DNA of 32,000 nt from Rotaria sp. (Eukaryota): positions 61,413 to 93,412 of the forward strand of contig CAJNVN010000071.1 of assembly GCA_905330535.1 (NCBI GenBank), in the 5' to 3' direction. Under the pieces are notes generated by a model. It saw nothing but the letters and a program-made list of their open reading frames with translations, ran no database searches and was not told the origin of the DNA. Positions 11,246 to 22,807 of this stretch are shown here, one piece after another. Each line of letters begins with the position of its first letter. The first letter of the stretch is position 1. Position numbers and translations under genes: made by a program.

Positions 11246-12723
11246 TATCGTGTCTCTGAACAACTAATCTCGACAATATTTTCTATGAAAGAAAAGCAGT
11301 TTAAGAAGCAGTATAATCTTCATATTTTTGAAAGATTTATAAAGTGTAATCGAACAATAGTTATTCATCTTTACCGAAGACCCAGAAACGGTTTACTTTT
11401 GCAGGCGTACAAAAATTATTGATGATATTACTTATACTTTGTCTCGTTTTTTCACTCATTTTTTTCTCCCTTTTGTGAAGTACGATCTGAAAGGATTGTT
11501 GAAGTATATAGAATAGAGATTTTTACCTTCGTCCAATCCGACGCATCCACAAACACCTTATCATCCTGTCACGGATACGGACGAACGGTAGTCAGATATC
11601 CTCACAGAGCCTGACACAAGTTGTTAATATATGTGATCAGAGGTCGTATATAAGTAGCGGCTTGATTCAACATTCTAAATGCTTCCTTACTATGTCACTG
11701 ACGAATCAAGTAAAAAAAGGACGAAGATTAAGAGGACGAGATCATGTTGCATATATTAATCTTTCAGAGATCGAGGTAACGCTTTTTTTCCTTAAAAAAG
11801 TCAATTTACGATCTTTGCGTTTGTGGGTGTGAAATTGGGGACATCTTCGCTTCTTCGATCCACCCACCCATTTCTATACTTACAGTGATTCACTCAAGTA
11901 TAAAAAAAACATTTCCGATTGCTTCTTGTTGAAAATTCTTATTCACTGATAGACACATTTGTGTCGATACCAAACGTCATATGTTTTTCCAAAAACAGTC
12001 AAGTAATAAAAACAACCCGAAAAACTTTCTTAAGACTTTTTTAAACTGTTAATCCCTCAAAATCTACTTTACACTCCTCGAATATATACGGATTCAATAC
12101 CTAAGTATTTTCTATATGAAAATGTATAGGAGCCGAGCCTGGAATCCGATCGATCAACTGGTACCGGGTCACTTCAGCAAATCAACCGAGTCAGTAAAAC
12201 CCTGAAATTCACCAGTTGAAATATTTGAAAAATTCTTTTTTAACCCTGCTTTGGGGCATACAAATTGAAGTTTCATATGTTTTCTATAAGAATGCGTGAA
12301 CAAGTACTCAAAATATATGTTATTTTAATAATTTATTCTGCAATTTTCTTTAGAAAAATTCATCATGATGAATATCTTTTATGTGCACTTCTAAACTATT
12401 TCATATTTGGAAGCATTTTCTCTGAAATTCGTTTTACAAAAAAATCGGCATTTTCGCTAGTGCTTAATCGGTTTTCATCGGAAATTCACCGGTTGCATAT
12501 TCGATTCCAACCGGTGGGACCGAACCGGTTTACTATTCCTAAATCGATTCCAACCCTGATAAGAGCTATACGAATATTTTCTGTTGATTGATCAGTATGA
12601 ACATCACACAAATGGAGTTTTATTGCTCACCTGTGATTGTTTTGGGTTTCTGCAATTACGTTTCATATGGTTACACCGACAAGATATTTTTCTTGAGTAC
12701 ATACTTCACAGTATCCATCCCAA

Positions 12724-13051
12724 TGACGAAGGATATCTTAGGTCACGACTCATGTATTTCCTGATAGGATTCGTCTGTAGCTTAGATCAAGTTAGATCAA
12801 GATTAAACCAAGATGTAACTCGACGAGCTCTAGCGATTGGTATATGCTCAGATTTTTAAAAGTCTAAACTAATTTTCTCATCTTCAATGGCATCCTCTAT
12901 CGAGCCAAAACTCATAGTTTAGAATTTTTTTTAAATCTGAGCATGCTAACAGATAGAACTCGTCAAGTTACATTTTGGTCTAACTCGATCTAAGCTACAG
13001 GAGAATTCTATCAGAAAATACGCGAATCCTGACCTAAGATATCCTATGTCG
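12724..13051. mobile_element. Long imperfect inverted repeat (foldback/MITE-like), arms about 140-150 bp, short loop
   Basis: Left arm gacgaaggatatcttaggtcacgactcatgtatttcctgatagga..ctgtagcttagatcaagttaga.. matches the reverse complement of right arm ..tctaactcgatctaagctacaggagaattctatcagaaaatacgcgaatcctgacctaagatatcctatgtc. Confidence 0.7.
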
Positions 13052-13059
13052 TAGATGAA

Positions 13060-13166
13060 ACCGGCCTAATTTTTCTCAGACCGGTACTGGTTCAAAAAGT
13101 TCAGACTGGACCGGGCCGGCCGGTATATCGGTTTGACCGATCTACCGTCAAAAATCGGTCCGCCCA
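13060..13166. repeat. ACCGG/CCGGT-rich degenerate repeat patch
   Basis: aaccggcctaa..agaccggtactggtt..gaccgggccggccggtatatcggtttgaccg. Related patches at about 12132-12215, 12488-12558 and 13482-13592. Confidence 0.5.
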
Positions 13167-13481
13167 ATACTAAGCAGAAGAGCAATGAACGATCAATTTA
13201 CCAGAAAAATCGGACATCTCGACAAAACTTTGGTGTATAGACAGCAGAGGGAGACATAACATAAAATATCGTTCAGTACTGCATTCTCTCTCGTGGGTCG
13301 CTTTAGTACCGGTACATTTAGTGGTATAATGTTTCTCAGTTGACAACAATCGCTCCATCAAGAGAATTCTAGAAATCAATTGTTCAACTGATCACTTTGT
13401 GATCATCGATATTAGATTTGACTCCAGCTGCTTTTCCACGTAAACAGAATTAGAGAGAAAAGTGCAAAATATAGGCTACTT

Positions 13482-13592
13482 TGACTGGTCACACTGGCTA
13501 AGACCGGTCAGACCGGCTTAGACTGGTTTGGAACGATCGATTTGAAATCCAGACCGGAATTGGGCCGGATCGGCCAGTAACCAGTACCAATT
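13482..13592. repeat. ACCGG/CCGGT-rich degenerate repeat patch
   Basis: gactggtcacactggctaagaccggtcagaccggcttagactggtttgg...agaccggaattgggccggatcggccagtaaccagtacc. Confidence 0.5.
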
Positions 13593-15454
13593 CTATTTAT
13601 GTCCTACGTATCTATTGAGAGATCTCGAGTCTATTCTACAATCGACTAATAATTGCTATGTTTGATAGAAATTCCATCAATATGAAGAACTAGTATAGAA
13701 TCTGTGTTTCTCTGCAGTTTAGATATCCATCGATAGGTGCCAAAAGAAAGAAAACCTATAAAAAGATAGCGAAAAAGAAACTATTAATGCATTACCATAC
13801 AATAACACGTTTGCTATACATGATGGAAACTACTCTGACTATGCTAGTAACTTATAGAGGATACCTCACCACCTAAATGACAGATAATTAGGAGACAAAA
13901 AGACACCATGTAGGAAAATTCACTAAGCCGCCCAAAATACAAAAATTTTAGTTTCTGAATTAAAAGAGTAACAGCATCTTGGCAGTAATTTTCGAAGCAA
14001 GCTGGGGCGATAAAGGCAAATGTCTTTGCGTCTGCTTTAACCGAGAAGGAGGCAACCGCAACCTCAGTTATGAACTTTTATGAAATCTTGGAACCTTTTG
14101 AAATCTGCTGCTTCCGCATGCACCTAAGTTCTTATTAATAATCATTCTTCAGAAAAACAGCTTACTAATTAGTTGTACTAAAGCCTTAAATGTAATATAT
14201 AGTGATTTAGATGCCAGTATGACTCATCGAAAAGCGTATGCCTACCATATAAGGCTCAAAAAATTAACAACGACTCAAGCCAGTTTGGCCGACTTATAGG
14301 GGTATCCGTATCGTTCTGACAAAACGGCACCAATTACAATTCTGTCGCACACGCTAATGAACAAAAAAGGCTTACGCACGAAATATAGACTCTAAAAAGG
14401 ATTGGGGAACATATAACGAATTTGAAACCATTTTAAGGATTCGTAGGAAATCTGCAAAACCATTAACAAAATTTCTTAAATTTGTGATGGGTCTTCTAAA
14501 GAGTTCTGTACGAATATATGAAACTAAAAAAGACCTCGGAGTTCATTGTAATTTTTAAAATTCGTTTGTTTTTGTGTACTGATCTAATAATATTTCTTTA
14601 TAGGATGTCGTCCTATTTGAAAACAATCTACTGCTACGTAACATGATAAATGTTGATGCTTATAGAATATCAAACCGCTATTATCAAACTTTATTTGATT
14701 TGATATAACTCACAAATTGCAATCACAGAGTAAACACAATTCTAAATGCTCATTATACCACCTAACATATTTACGAATGGACACGAGTGTCTGAAAAATA
14801 TTTCAAACAAATGGGGATGACTATCAATGAACGCGAATGATTGCAAGTGGCCACAAATATTTGATTATGTTGTTCCCACTTAAATTCATTAATGTCACAT
14901 CATTACCATTACATTTCCAATCTATTTGGGGATCGTAGTTTCCACGATCGACTTCTTCGCCTTAATTTTTGGTATTATTGATTACTATTGATGAATATAT
15001 GCAAATGATCTAATGCGGAAATCCTCATATCAGAAGTTGGTAAGCCCCGAAATTATATATTAATGCATGTCAAACATACGCCGAATATTTCCTGCTATGA
15101 ATGGTAAGTTTCAAGTCAACAAAGTCATATTAGTCGCAATGATCTATGTGCAAGCGTTTAGATCACGACTGTCAAACACGATGAACTAACGTTGGTGAAA
15201 CCTGACCCGAAAAAATCTACAGATACTGAGACTCAAATCAAGTCTAACGTAATTAATAACATTTCCGAGAGAACACAAGAAAGCCGTGACTTTTGTTAGA
15301 ATCCGAGGTTCAAAAAAAGTGAAGGGAACCTGATATTAGTCAATTTGAGATTGTGCTGATAATATTTTCTCTCGAGCTTCTATGGCATGCCACATTGGGA
15401 GATAAAATGAATAGAAATTTTTGTATGGGATGAACAATTTCGGTCGAGAATACA

Positions 15455-15666
15455 AGGGTGTGGGTGTGTGAGTGTGTGAGTGTGTGTGGGTGTGAGGTGT
15501 GGGTATGAGGTGTGGGTGTGGGTTTGAGGTGTGGATGTGAGTGTGCGTGGGTGAGTGTGGGTGTGGGTGTGTAGGTTTGTGTAAAGGAAAGAGGCATCCG
15601 CACATCCGAAGCACAGTCACACCCGAATGGACACTCACAGTCACACCCACACCCACACCCACACCC
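15455..15666. repeat. G/T-rich minisatellite followed by complementary C/A-rich arm (foldback)
   Basis: gggtgtgggtgtgtgagtgtg...gtgggtgtgggtgtgtag, then cagtcacacccgaatggacactcacagtcacacccacacccacacccacaccc. Confidence 0.7.
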
Positions 15667-15743
15667 TAGCTATAACACACAATCAATGTAAATGTATTAA
15701 TAAGATTTCTTAGAATATCATTCAACATATTAATCATTTTTAG

Positions 15744-16616
15744 CATACTTCAAAATCGGAAAAGTAAACGAAACTAAAGATAGCCGTATATATCTTACGT
15801 TATTTCATTACAAACTTGATACAAAGTGTGAACAAATAACTGAACAAGATGTTCTCGTCAATTTCGGCAACATCGGTTCAAAGTCAATCTTTGAGCTAAG
15901 TGACAATGGACAAAAAGTTATTATTGATAAATTGATCGAATTGGGTATGAAGTTGTTATCTTTATTGATAAAAACTAATTGCACTTCTACTTCAGATAGT
16001 GATTATAATCCCTGCAAGCAAATCATGATTGATGTAAAAAACAAAGAGAAAGTGAGTGATTTCTTTTTTTAATCGTTTATTAGAAGAGAGAGAGAATTAG
16101 TGTTTTTTTTTATCCTTAATTTGATAATTTGCCTAAATAGTAGATATAAAGACTATTGATCTCACCATTGAGATAGACGACAGTTATTCTCAGAGTTGAT
16201 CTAATTGATAGATAAAGTCATCAAATAAATTTGTTGGTTGCCTATTCTTTTCTCTTGCATTGTTTGTTTATGTATATAAGTGATTGTCATTTTAGTTAAT
16301 TTTAAATATGTCGTCAATGGTTAACAATATGATCAAGAAAATGATCATGTTTGAAGATGGTTCTCAAATGATGAATGAATTAATACGTGATCAAACTGCT
16401 GAATTAGAAGATATTATATCTGTTATTTTTGATAATATTGAACATGTAAAAAATGAAGCAAAAATTAAAAATTTGGCTAAAATTATTGCTAATGCATCAT
16501 TTAAAAAACATTCTTTAAATTATGTTAATAATCAAGTGAATTATATAAATGAAAACGAAACAAGTGCATTAAAAAAAAGCTTTTGTTCGAAAAATTCTGA
16601 CAGAAATAAGTAAGAG
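15744..16616 (+). CDS. Uncharacterised protein, at least two exons: 15744..16051 and 16296..16613/16
   Basis: After 'aatcatttttag', exon reads YFKIGKVNETKDSRIYLTLFHYKLDTKCEQITEQDVLVNFGNIGSKSIFELSDNGQKVIIDKLIELGMKLLSLLIKTNCTSTSDSDYNPCKQIMIDVKNKEK and ends at gtgagt. After 'gtcattttag' the next exon reads LILNMSSMVNNMIKKMIMFEDGSQMMNELIRDQ...NSDRNK*. Both sides of the junction are phase 0. Confidence 0.4.
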
Positions 16617-17095
16617 GTTATTGTTTCATTGTAGACATCATTCATTCATGTTCAATTTTAGTTGATTTGCTGATAAAAAATGCTGATGAAAATGATTATT
16701 CATTATTGATTGAATATGGACATCTGTCCAAAATTGTCATGTCATGGTCATTGTGAATATAACTTTATCAATATAAAGAAGTTTTTTTTTTAATCTTAAT
16801 ATTGATATTTTTGTCAAAAAAAACTGTATGCGTTCTTAATATGGATATGCTTTTTTGTCAATATAAAAAAAAACTTGTCTTTTTTCTTGAATAAAATTAG
16901 TTAAAGGTCAAACAGGTATTAATAAATTATGTAATTTTTAGAAATGAAAACAGTATTTAAAAAATATTATTATATTTACTATATGAGATTTGTTCGTCTC
17001 TATATCATATAATTAATGTGTTATGCAAAGAAGAAGAAAAGTTGATGTTCTATTTTTTTAACATAAAATTAACTAATAGAATATGAGAGAGAGAA

Positions 17096-17370
17096 AGGGT
17101 GGGGTGTGGGTGTGGGTGTAGGGTGTGGGGGTGGGTGTGTGGGTGTGTGGATGTGGGTGTGAGTGTGGGTGTAGGTGCGGATGTGGGTGGGTGTGGGGGT
17201 GAGGGTGAGGGTGTGGGTGTGCTTGTACCTGTGAATGTCGGTTTGGCTGTTCCTTTTAACCACACCCACCCACACCCATACCCACACGGACACCCACATC
17301 CACACCCACACCTACACCCACGCACCCACTCACACCCACACCCACACCCACACCACACCCACACCCCACA
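17096..17370. repeat. Large G/T-rich foldback: about 125-nt GT-rich arm, 40-nt spacer, about 110-nt CA-rich arm
   Basis: ggggtgtgggtgtgggtgtag...gagggtgtgggtgt / spacer gcttgtacctgtgaatgtcggtttggctgttccttttaac / cacacccacccacacccatacccacac..cacccacaccccaca. Confidence 0.8.
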
Positions 17371-19807
17371 TTTTTACATATACCAGTGGGTTCTATATAG
17401 TGCGTATTGTCTTCGTATCTTTGGCAGTTGTTGTTGAAAAGTCCACTATCATCTGTCTTGATCAGAAACTTCACAATACATTGAAAACACGAGTTCATCG
17501 AATGACTACATAAGTCATGCCGATTTTAAGCTAAATGTCGACGAAGGTGCACGATGAATACTCCAATTATCTGAATCAGAGGAATCTTTTGACACGAAAT
17601 TTGATTCGTACTTGTTCAGGTTTCCTTTTTAATGAGGTGGAACCAGTGAAACAAATTGAATTTGTCCCTGTTTTCTTCATCTTGATATTCAATTCTACCG
17701 CGAAGGAAATCGAGTCGATTTATTGTTGTATAAATTCATTATTGAATAAAATATTTATACTTTGAGTTCGTTGGTAGAAATCACAGGATCAAGTCTAGTG
17801 CTGAAACTCGTCCTTTTTGAATTAGATCAAGTTGTGCATGCTGTCGATGTACGCAGTGATGACGAAAAATTGCTACATACTGTTTCTGATAGATTGGATA
17901 AATGCTCTAGGTAACCAGACTCATATGCTCTATTTTTGAACAATTTAGAGAGCGAAGCAGATGTTTGGATTTGAATTGAATAAAAGTTAGGACATTCGCT
18001 TGAAGAACTTCAACAATCGAGAAAGACCCATGTTCCCTTCTTTCTTCAAGTTCCTAGACAGTCATCAGTAATGAAGATTGTGACTGTAGAAACTTTTAGG
18101 AAAGTTTTGAGCATAAAAATGAACATATTTTTAATGATTTTTTTACGTACTGCCCGATACAGCTCAATGAGCTGATTTTGAATATCAGCCTGATTTTGCA
18201 CCAAAATGGTACCTTCTTTACAAAAGTAGGAATTCGAGAAAAAAAACCTCGATCTTGGAACATTCATAGCAGCAGTTGTACATACCAGTGCGATGTGGCT
18301 CTATGACCAACAATGGAACAGACGCGGGAGAATAGTCATCAAAAGCTTGAAATCCATCGGACATGAGTTGTGTTGAACGTTAAAAAAGTTGGATAGTTTG
18401 GTTTTCGGAAGCATTTCAAACATACAGGCGAACTTTTTTTCGATAAACACTTGCTCTTATATAGGATGTGCTTAGGAATGTTTGTATATTCTCAAAACTA
18501 ACGAATACGGAGTAGAAACCTGGTTCTTTGGAAAACCACTAATACTGTTTCTGTTCACTGGTTCGATTCGGTGCTTGGGCTAACGATAAATCACATATTG
18601 AATAATTAGTTACAGTTTGAGATAAATCGAACTTAAATTGTGGTGAGCATTCACAAACTACGGTATGACCTATCTGTCCGGCAATTCCATTTCGACCTCT
18701 ATCGAGATAGTTTGTCATTTTAAAATAACTTGATAACTTGACGATAGAAATAATTTTCGTGTAATTACCAATTTACGGAGACATTTTCTGCGATGTTCTT
18801 TCCCAGCATTTTAATGGGTGTGGGTATTAGATAGGCATGAGTCAGTGACTGAAAACCGGACACACATGCACACCTGCAAATGATCGAAATAATTCTCAAG
18901 ATTGCACTATGACTAATGAGTTCCAACGTATATGCTGTGTGGCAGACGCGATTCATTCGTATACTAAGCCTTGCTTGTTCTATCGTGTAATTAACCACGT
19001 CTTGTGTACCAATGATTTTATTGTCAATCTGTACGCACGTCTAGGAAAGACGTGAATGACTACGAGAGCCTGCTATACTGTATCACTTTGTATCCATCAT
19101 TGTTCAAAACTCAGCGATAGCAAGGTTGAACCGTTGTATATCGCCACACTCATAGCTACTAATGAATTTTTCTCATCGGCAAGCAGTTGGAATGTTGTCG
19201 AACATTTCTTCGATACCTATCCGATGACTGACATGTCGTGAAGTTAAGATCACGAGGATAATGATTAATGCGTTAGATGAAAATGTGATAATCTTACTAA
19301 GAGTACAAATTTCATTGTCACGCATGCCAACAGTGACGTAGAACACTAAATGTAGCATATAGGAATGGTCACATCGTTGGAAGTAGCACTGATTAATGGT
19401 GAGTCGATATAAAGAGTGTCTTCCATGAGGCTTTGTGCTATTTTCGTCATCTGTTATCTGATGCTAACAAGAGCGATGCGAATTGTGACTATCTATACTA
19501 TCATGTAGCACGCATCTAGAAAAGTGTGATCAGGTTGTTATAACTAGTCTCGGTTAAGTGTACTCTAAAGTGGGAAAGTAAGTACCGGCCATATATATGC
19601 AAAAACGGGCAATGATAATCGTTCGTGAAATATTGCTTATAGATCATACCGATATTGGTCACAAATTAAAACAAGGTGTCTTTGATGAGAGTATTTTATT
19701 GAATAATTGAGTAGGATAGAAAATGATTGCAAGCAATGTCTTTAGTTTCAGGAATAGTTGAAAATATTAAATCAATTTCCTCTCAGCTTTGTCATCATGA
19801 TAATATC

Positions 19808-20546
19808 TTAAAGACTATGAACATATTTTTGACCCAATTTGGACAGTTGTCCATTTGGTGCAATCAAACAGTTCGTAGAACCAAGTGCAGAATCCAAATG
19901 ACGCTGTGCGCCGAACCACGCATAGCGTTCAACCCAGCTTAATGCATCTAGTTTGGCAATACTTTGTCTCATAAATTCGTTGACTTCTTGTTGCGTGACC
20001 GGCTGCCATGAGTTCCAAGATGTGCAGGCGAATTCTGTGACCCAAACAGGATATTTATTGCCGAAATGCTCACGAACTTTCGTAATCCAGTTGATAAAGT
20101 TATCCACGCCTCGACCATACCAGTGTAAAGCAAGAAAGTCAATTCGCCCACCGATTTTATCCAGTTCGTTCATAAATTGTCGCATCCACTTTAACCCTTG
20201 ATCAGTCGAAGCAATAGCCGGTGAACCTAGTCGAGCACCCTGAGCTCTAAGAGGTTCAATGTATTGTTTCCAGGCATGTGCTGCATCCACTGGATTCATA
20301 TTTGCTTGGTCACCACGCTCCGGTTCGTTGAAACCGAGTACGAAACGGGCACCTTTCGCCTGGTTGAAGAATTTATTTCCATCATGACCTTTGTTTGTAC
20401 TCCACAACATTGGAACAAATTCTATACCAGCGACATTGGACTTATAAGGTGACCAATTGTAAATCCAGGAGATTTTTCCACCAGAAAAAACACTGGGTGA
20501 GTCTTGTTTGTTTTCCATCGGCCAGGCAATACCTCGCTTGTTTGAC
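19808..20546 (-). CDS. Exon encoding the Asl1-like glycosyl hydrolase catalytic domain
   Basis: Characteristic segments: KRGIAWP, GGKISWIYNWSP, EFVPMLWS, ARFVLGFNEPE, DFLALHWYG, VWVTEFAC, RYAWFGA, plus terminal stop. Confidence 0.85.
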
Positions 20547-22807
20547 CTATTATAAAAGAAACAAGGATAATTGCTTGAGACGTCTTATCGACGAAATTCG
20601 AAAGAAAAGATCAACATATGATATACATATCATGAAATTTCTTCACAACAATGTCTGCCAAACAGTATGTTTATAAATTAACTAATTCGACTTGATCAAA
20701 CAAAATCTGGCTGATGAAAACAACTCTGAATCGTTGCATCACACTGCAATCAAAACATTGAACTCGTTGAACAAGGATGAATATAAAAACTTTTGATAAA
20801 TGAACTGAACGGATGAAATTTCGTATTAATAATCAAAGTCACTACTTCAAACAGTTAATAAAATATACAGATGGTCAACCTGTTTTCCGGATCTCTCTTT
20901 TTCGAAACTTCCATACTTTTGTGTAACCAAAAGTATCAGAGAAAAGTACTCCAAAAATATTTAATAGTATGTCTGAAGTAGAACAATGCAATATGTTATA
21001 TGAAAGCTCATTCGAATCTGTACCCGAAAAGAATTATGGCGCATATAGCATGAAATCGAGGATATTAAATACTTCTAGTTCATAATTGTTGCGACGAAGC
21101 TGGTCAAATTGAATATGAAAATAGTGTTTTACTTTGTTTTCATTCAGTAATTTCAAAAATGTATAAACTTCTAAAAACCTATCAGCTTTATTAAAATTTT
21201 GACTAAAAGTCAATTGATTTCGTTTTATTTCCGTCGAAAACGAATGTCAGATTTATTGTCAGTATCAATGTATCAGTTAGATGACTTTTTCTAAGAGAAT
21301 TTTAGACCAAAATAAATCTTTATTTGGTTAATTGTTTCCATTATTTTATTCGTAATGTTCTCTCAGAAGGAAAATTTTTGAAAAAAATTGACGTTCGACT
21401 CAACTTTTAAAATCAATCTCGAATATGGGATCGCTTTTTAACAAAAATGAAATTATGATGTTTGAAATCACGAAATTCGATCTGTTATACTTGGATTCTT
21501 GTAGACTAATCGAAAAAATCTAGTTTTTCAACAAGATGACAACGATTCTACAAAACCAACACCATTATAGTTTCCTTTCATTTAGATATATTAATTGAAA
21601 CCAGTTTTCGACTACTATTCTAAATTCTGTTAAATACGTTTCTATTCTTACAAGTAAATCTTTTTTTAGAATATGCACATAAAAAAATACTTCTAAAAAT
21701 TTAAAGAGTATTTTTCCTACTGATGTCTACGAAATATATCAATCTAGATGAGAGTCAGAAGAATATTTATCGTTTACAAGACGTTTACTTTATTGTGTCA
21801 ACTATTGTCTAATGTTCGAGCTTCTACATGGAATAAGATCTCGATGAATTTGGTTTATTCTTCAGTCTAAAGTCAGCTGCTTCTGTGTGCTCAATTATCC
21901 CTTCATATAATTTGTTTCTTGAGAATTTTTCAAGAACTATGCGTCTATTCATGAAATGGAATTAGAAAGACTTTTTGGATGACCGATTGTCTCATAGGTG
22001 AAGTGATATTCGACTCGACTCATACTCAAAGTTTTTAATACTTTCATTAAACATTGAAAAATCTCGCAATGAAATAGGATTATTTATAAAGATTGTTCGG
22101 AGAGCGTCGCATATGTACAGATTTTATATCAATGCAGATAGTTATTGGTTCACACTGTGCCAGACGAAAAGGAAGTGTGTCCATCAGATCATTTTTCTTC
22201 ATAATGGTTTCGATCAGAAATGACCAATTGCTTTGTTAAAAGTCTTTTCTACTACTTAGCTTTAGCTTATTCTAATGAAATGATTTTATCTTCTCTAAGA
22301 TATCTTCATTTCACTATGTTAGAAGTCGTATTACTGAAACAAGTTCAGTTTTTATGGCAAAAGTTGAAATCAAAGAAGGGATCGGCTCAATTCTAGAAAA
22401 ACACGAACCTATCCCATCTCTGGTCGAATCCCCTGGTGAATTGAGAAAAGAATGGCATTTTACCTGACGTTGGGCTCTTTATTAGGTTTGACATGATTTA
22501 CACCACAGACCATACTGTGATCATTGGTTGCGAAGGCGTTATCTTTGGAAACTGGACCCTTTTTCATCCAACATGTACCACCATTCCATCGGCTCCAAGT
22601 AAAATGAGTACAACCCTGTGTTTCAGCACATTTTCCACCACAAAGTTCTGGTGCAATTCGAACGTTCCAAAGATCGTTTCCATAAAAATCACAAGCCATG
22701 GCCCAATTATTTCCGTTCCAATGAATTGCACGGTTTGCGAAAACAGCAACCAAACAGTTGAAGGCCAAATAAATAATCAGATTCCAAGAAAACAAGATAT
22801 GGAACAT
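19808..22807 (-). CDS. Secreted PAN/apple-like domain fused to Asl1-like glycosyl hydrolase (GH128-type); two exons 22807..22464 and 20546..19808
   Basis: Exon 1 ends ..EPNV-AG|gtaaaat (phase 2). Exon 2 starts tttataatag|G TCA AAC AAG CGA GGT ATT GCC TGG CCG ATG. The join gives ..KEPNVR-SNKRGIAWPMENKQDSPSVFSGGKISWIYNWSPYKSN... 344+739 nt = 361 codons including stop. Confidence 0.65.
22464..22807 (-). CDS. Exon encoding signal peptide and PAN/apple-like Cys-rich domain
   Basis: MFHILFSWNLIIYLAFNCLVAVFA then NRAIHWNGNNWAMACDFYGNDLWNVRIAPELCGGKCAETQGCTHFTWSRWNGGTCWMKKGPVSKDNAFATNDHSMVCGVNH; Cys spacing C..CGGKC..GCTHFTW..GGTCWMK..VCG. Confidence 0.7.

Noticed and set aside
12584-12859. ORF 12584..12859(+) as a possible gene
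   Set aside because: Its 3' half runs through the left arm of the hairpin element, with no recognisable protein features.
15336-15662. ORFs 15336..15662 (-) and 15340..15603 (-), rich in THTHTPHPH
   Set aside because: They are translations of the G/T-rich repeat; absence of stops is a composition artefact.
17050-17513. ORFs 17050..17364, 17069..17311, 17099..17437, 17235..17513, 17256..17498 (GVGVGCG/HTHTHPHP)
   Set aside because: Low-complexity translations of the foldback minisatellite in several overlapping frames; not credible genes.
19727-20676. ORFs 19727..19942(+), 19953..20201(+), 19969..20151(-), 20264..20452(+), 20395..20676(+)
   Set aside because: Overlap the hydrolase coding exon in other frames or on the opposite strand; shadow ORFs.
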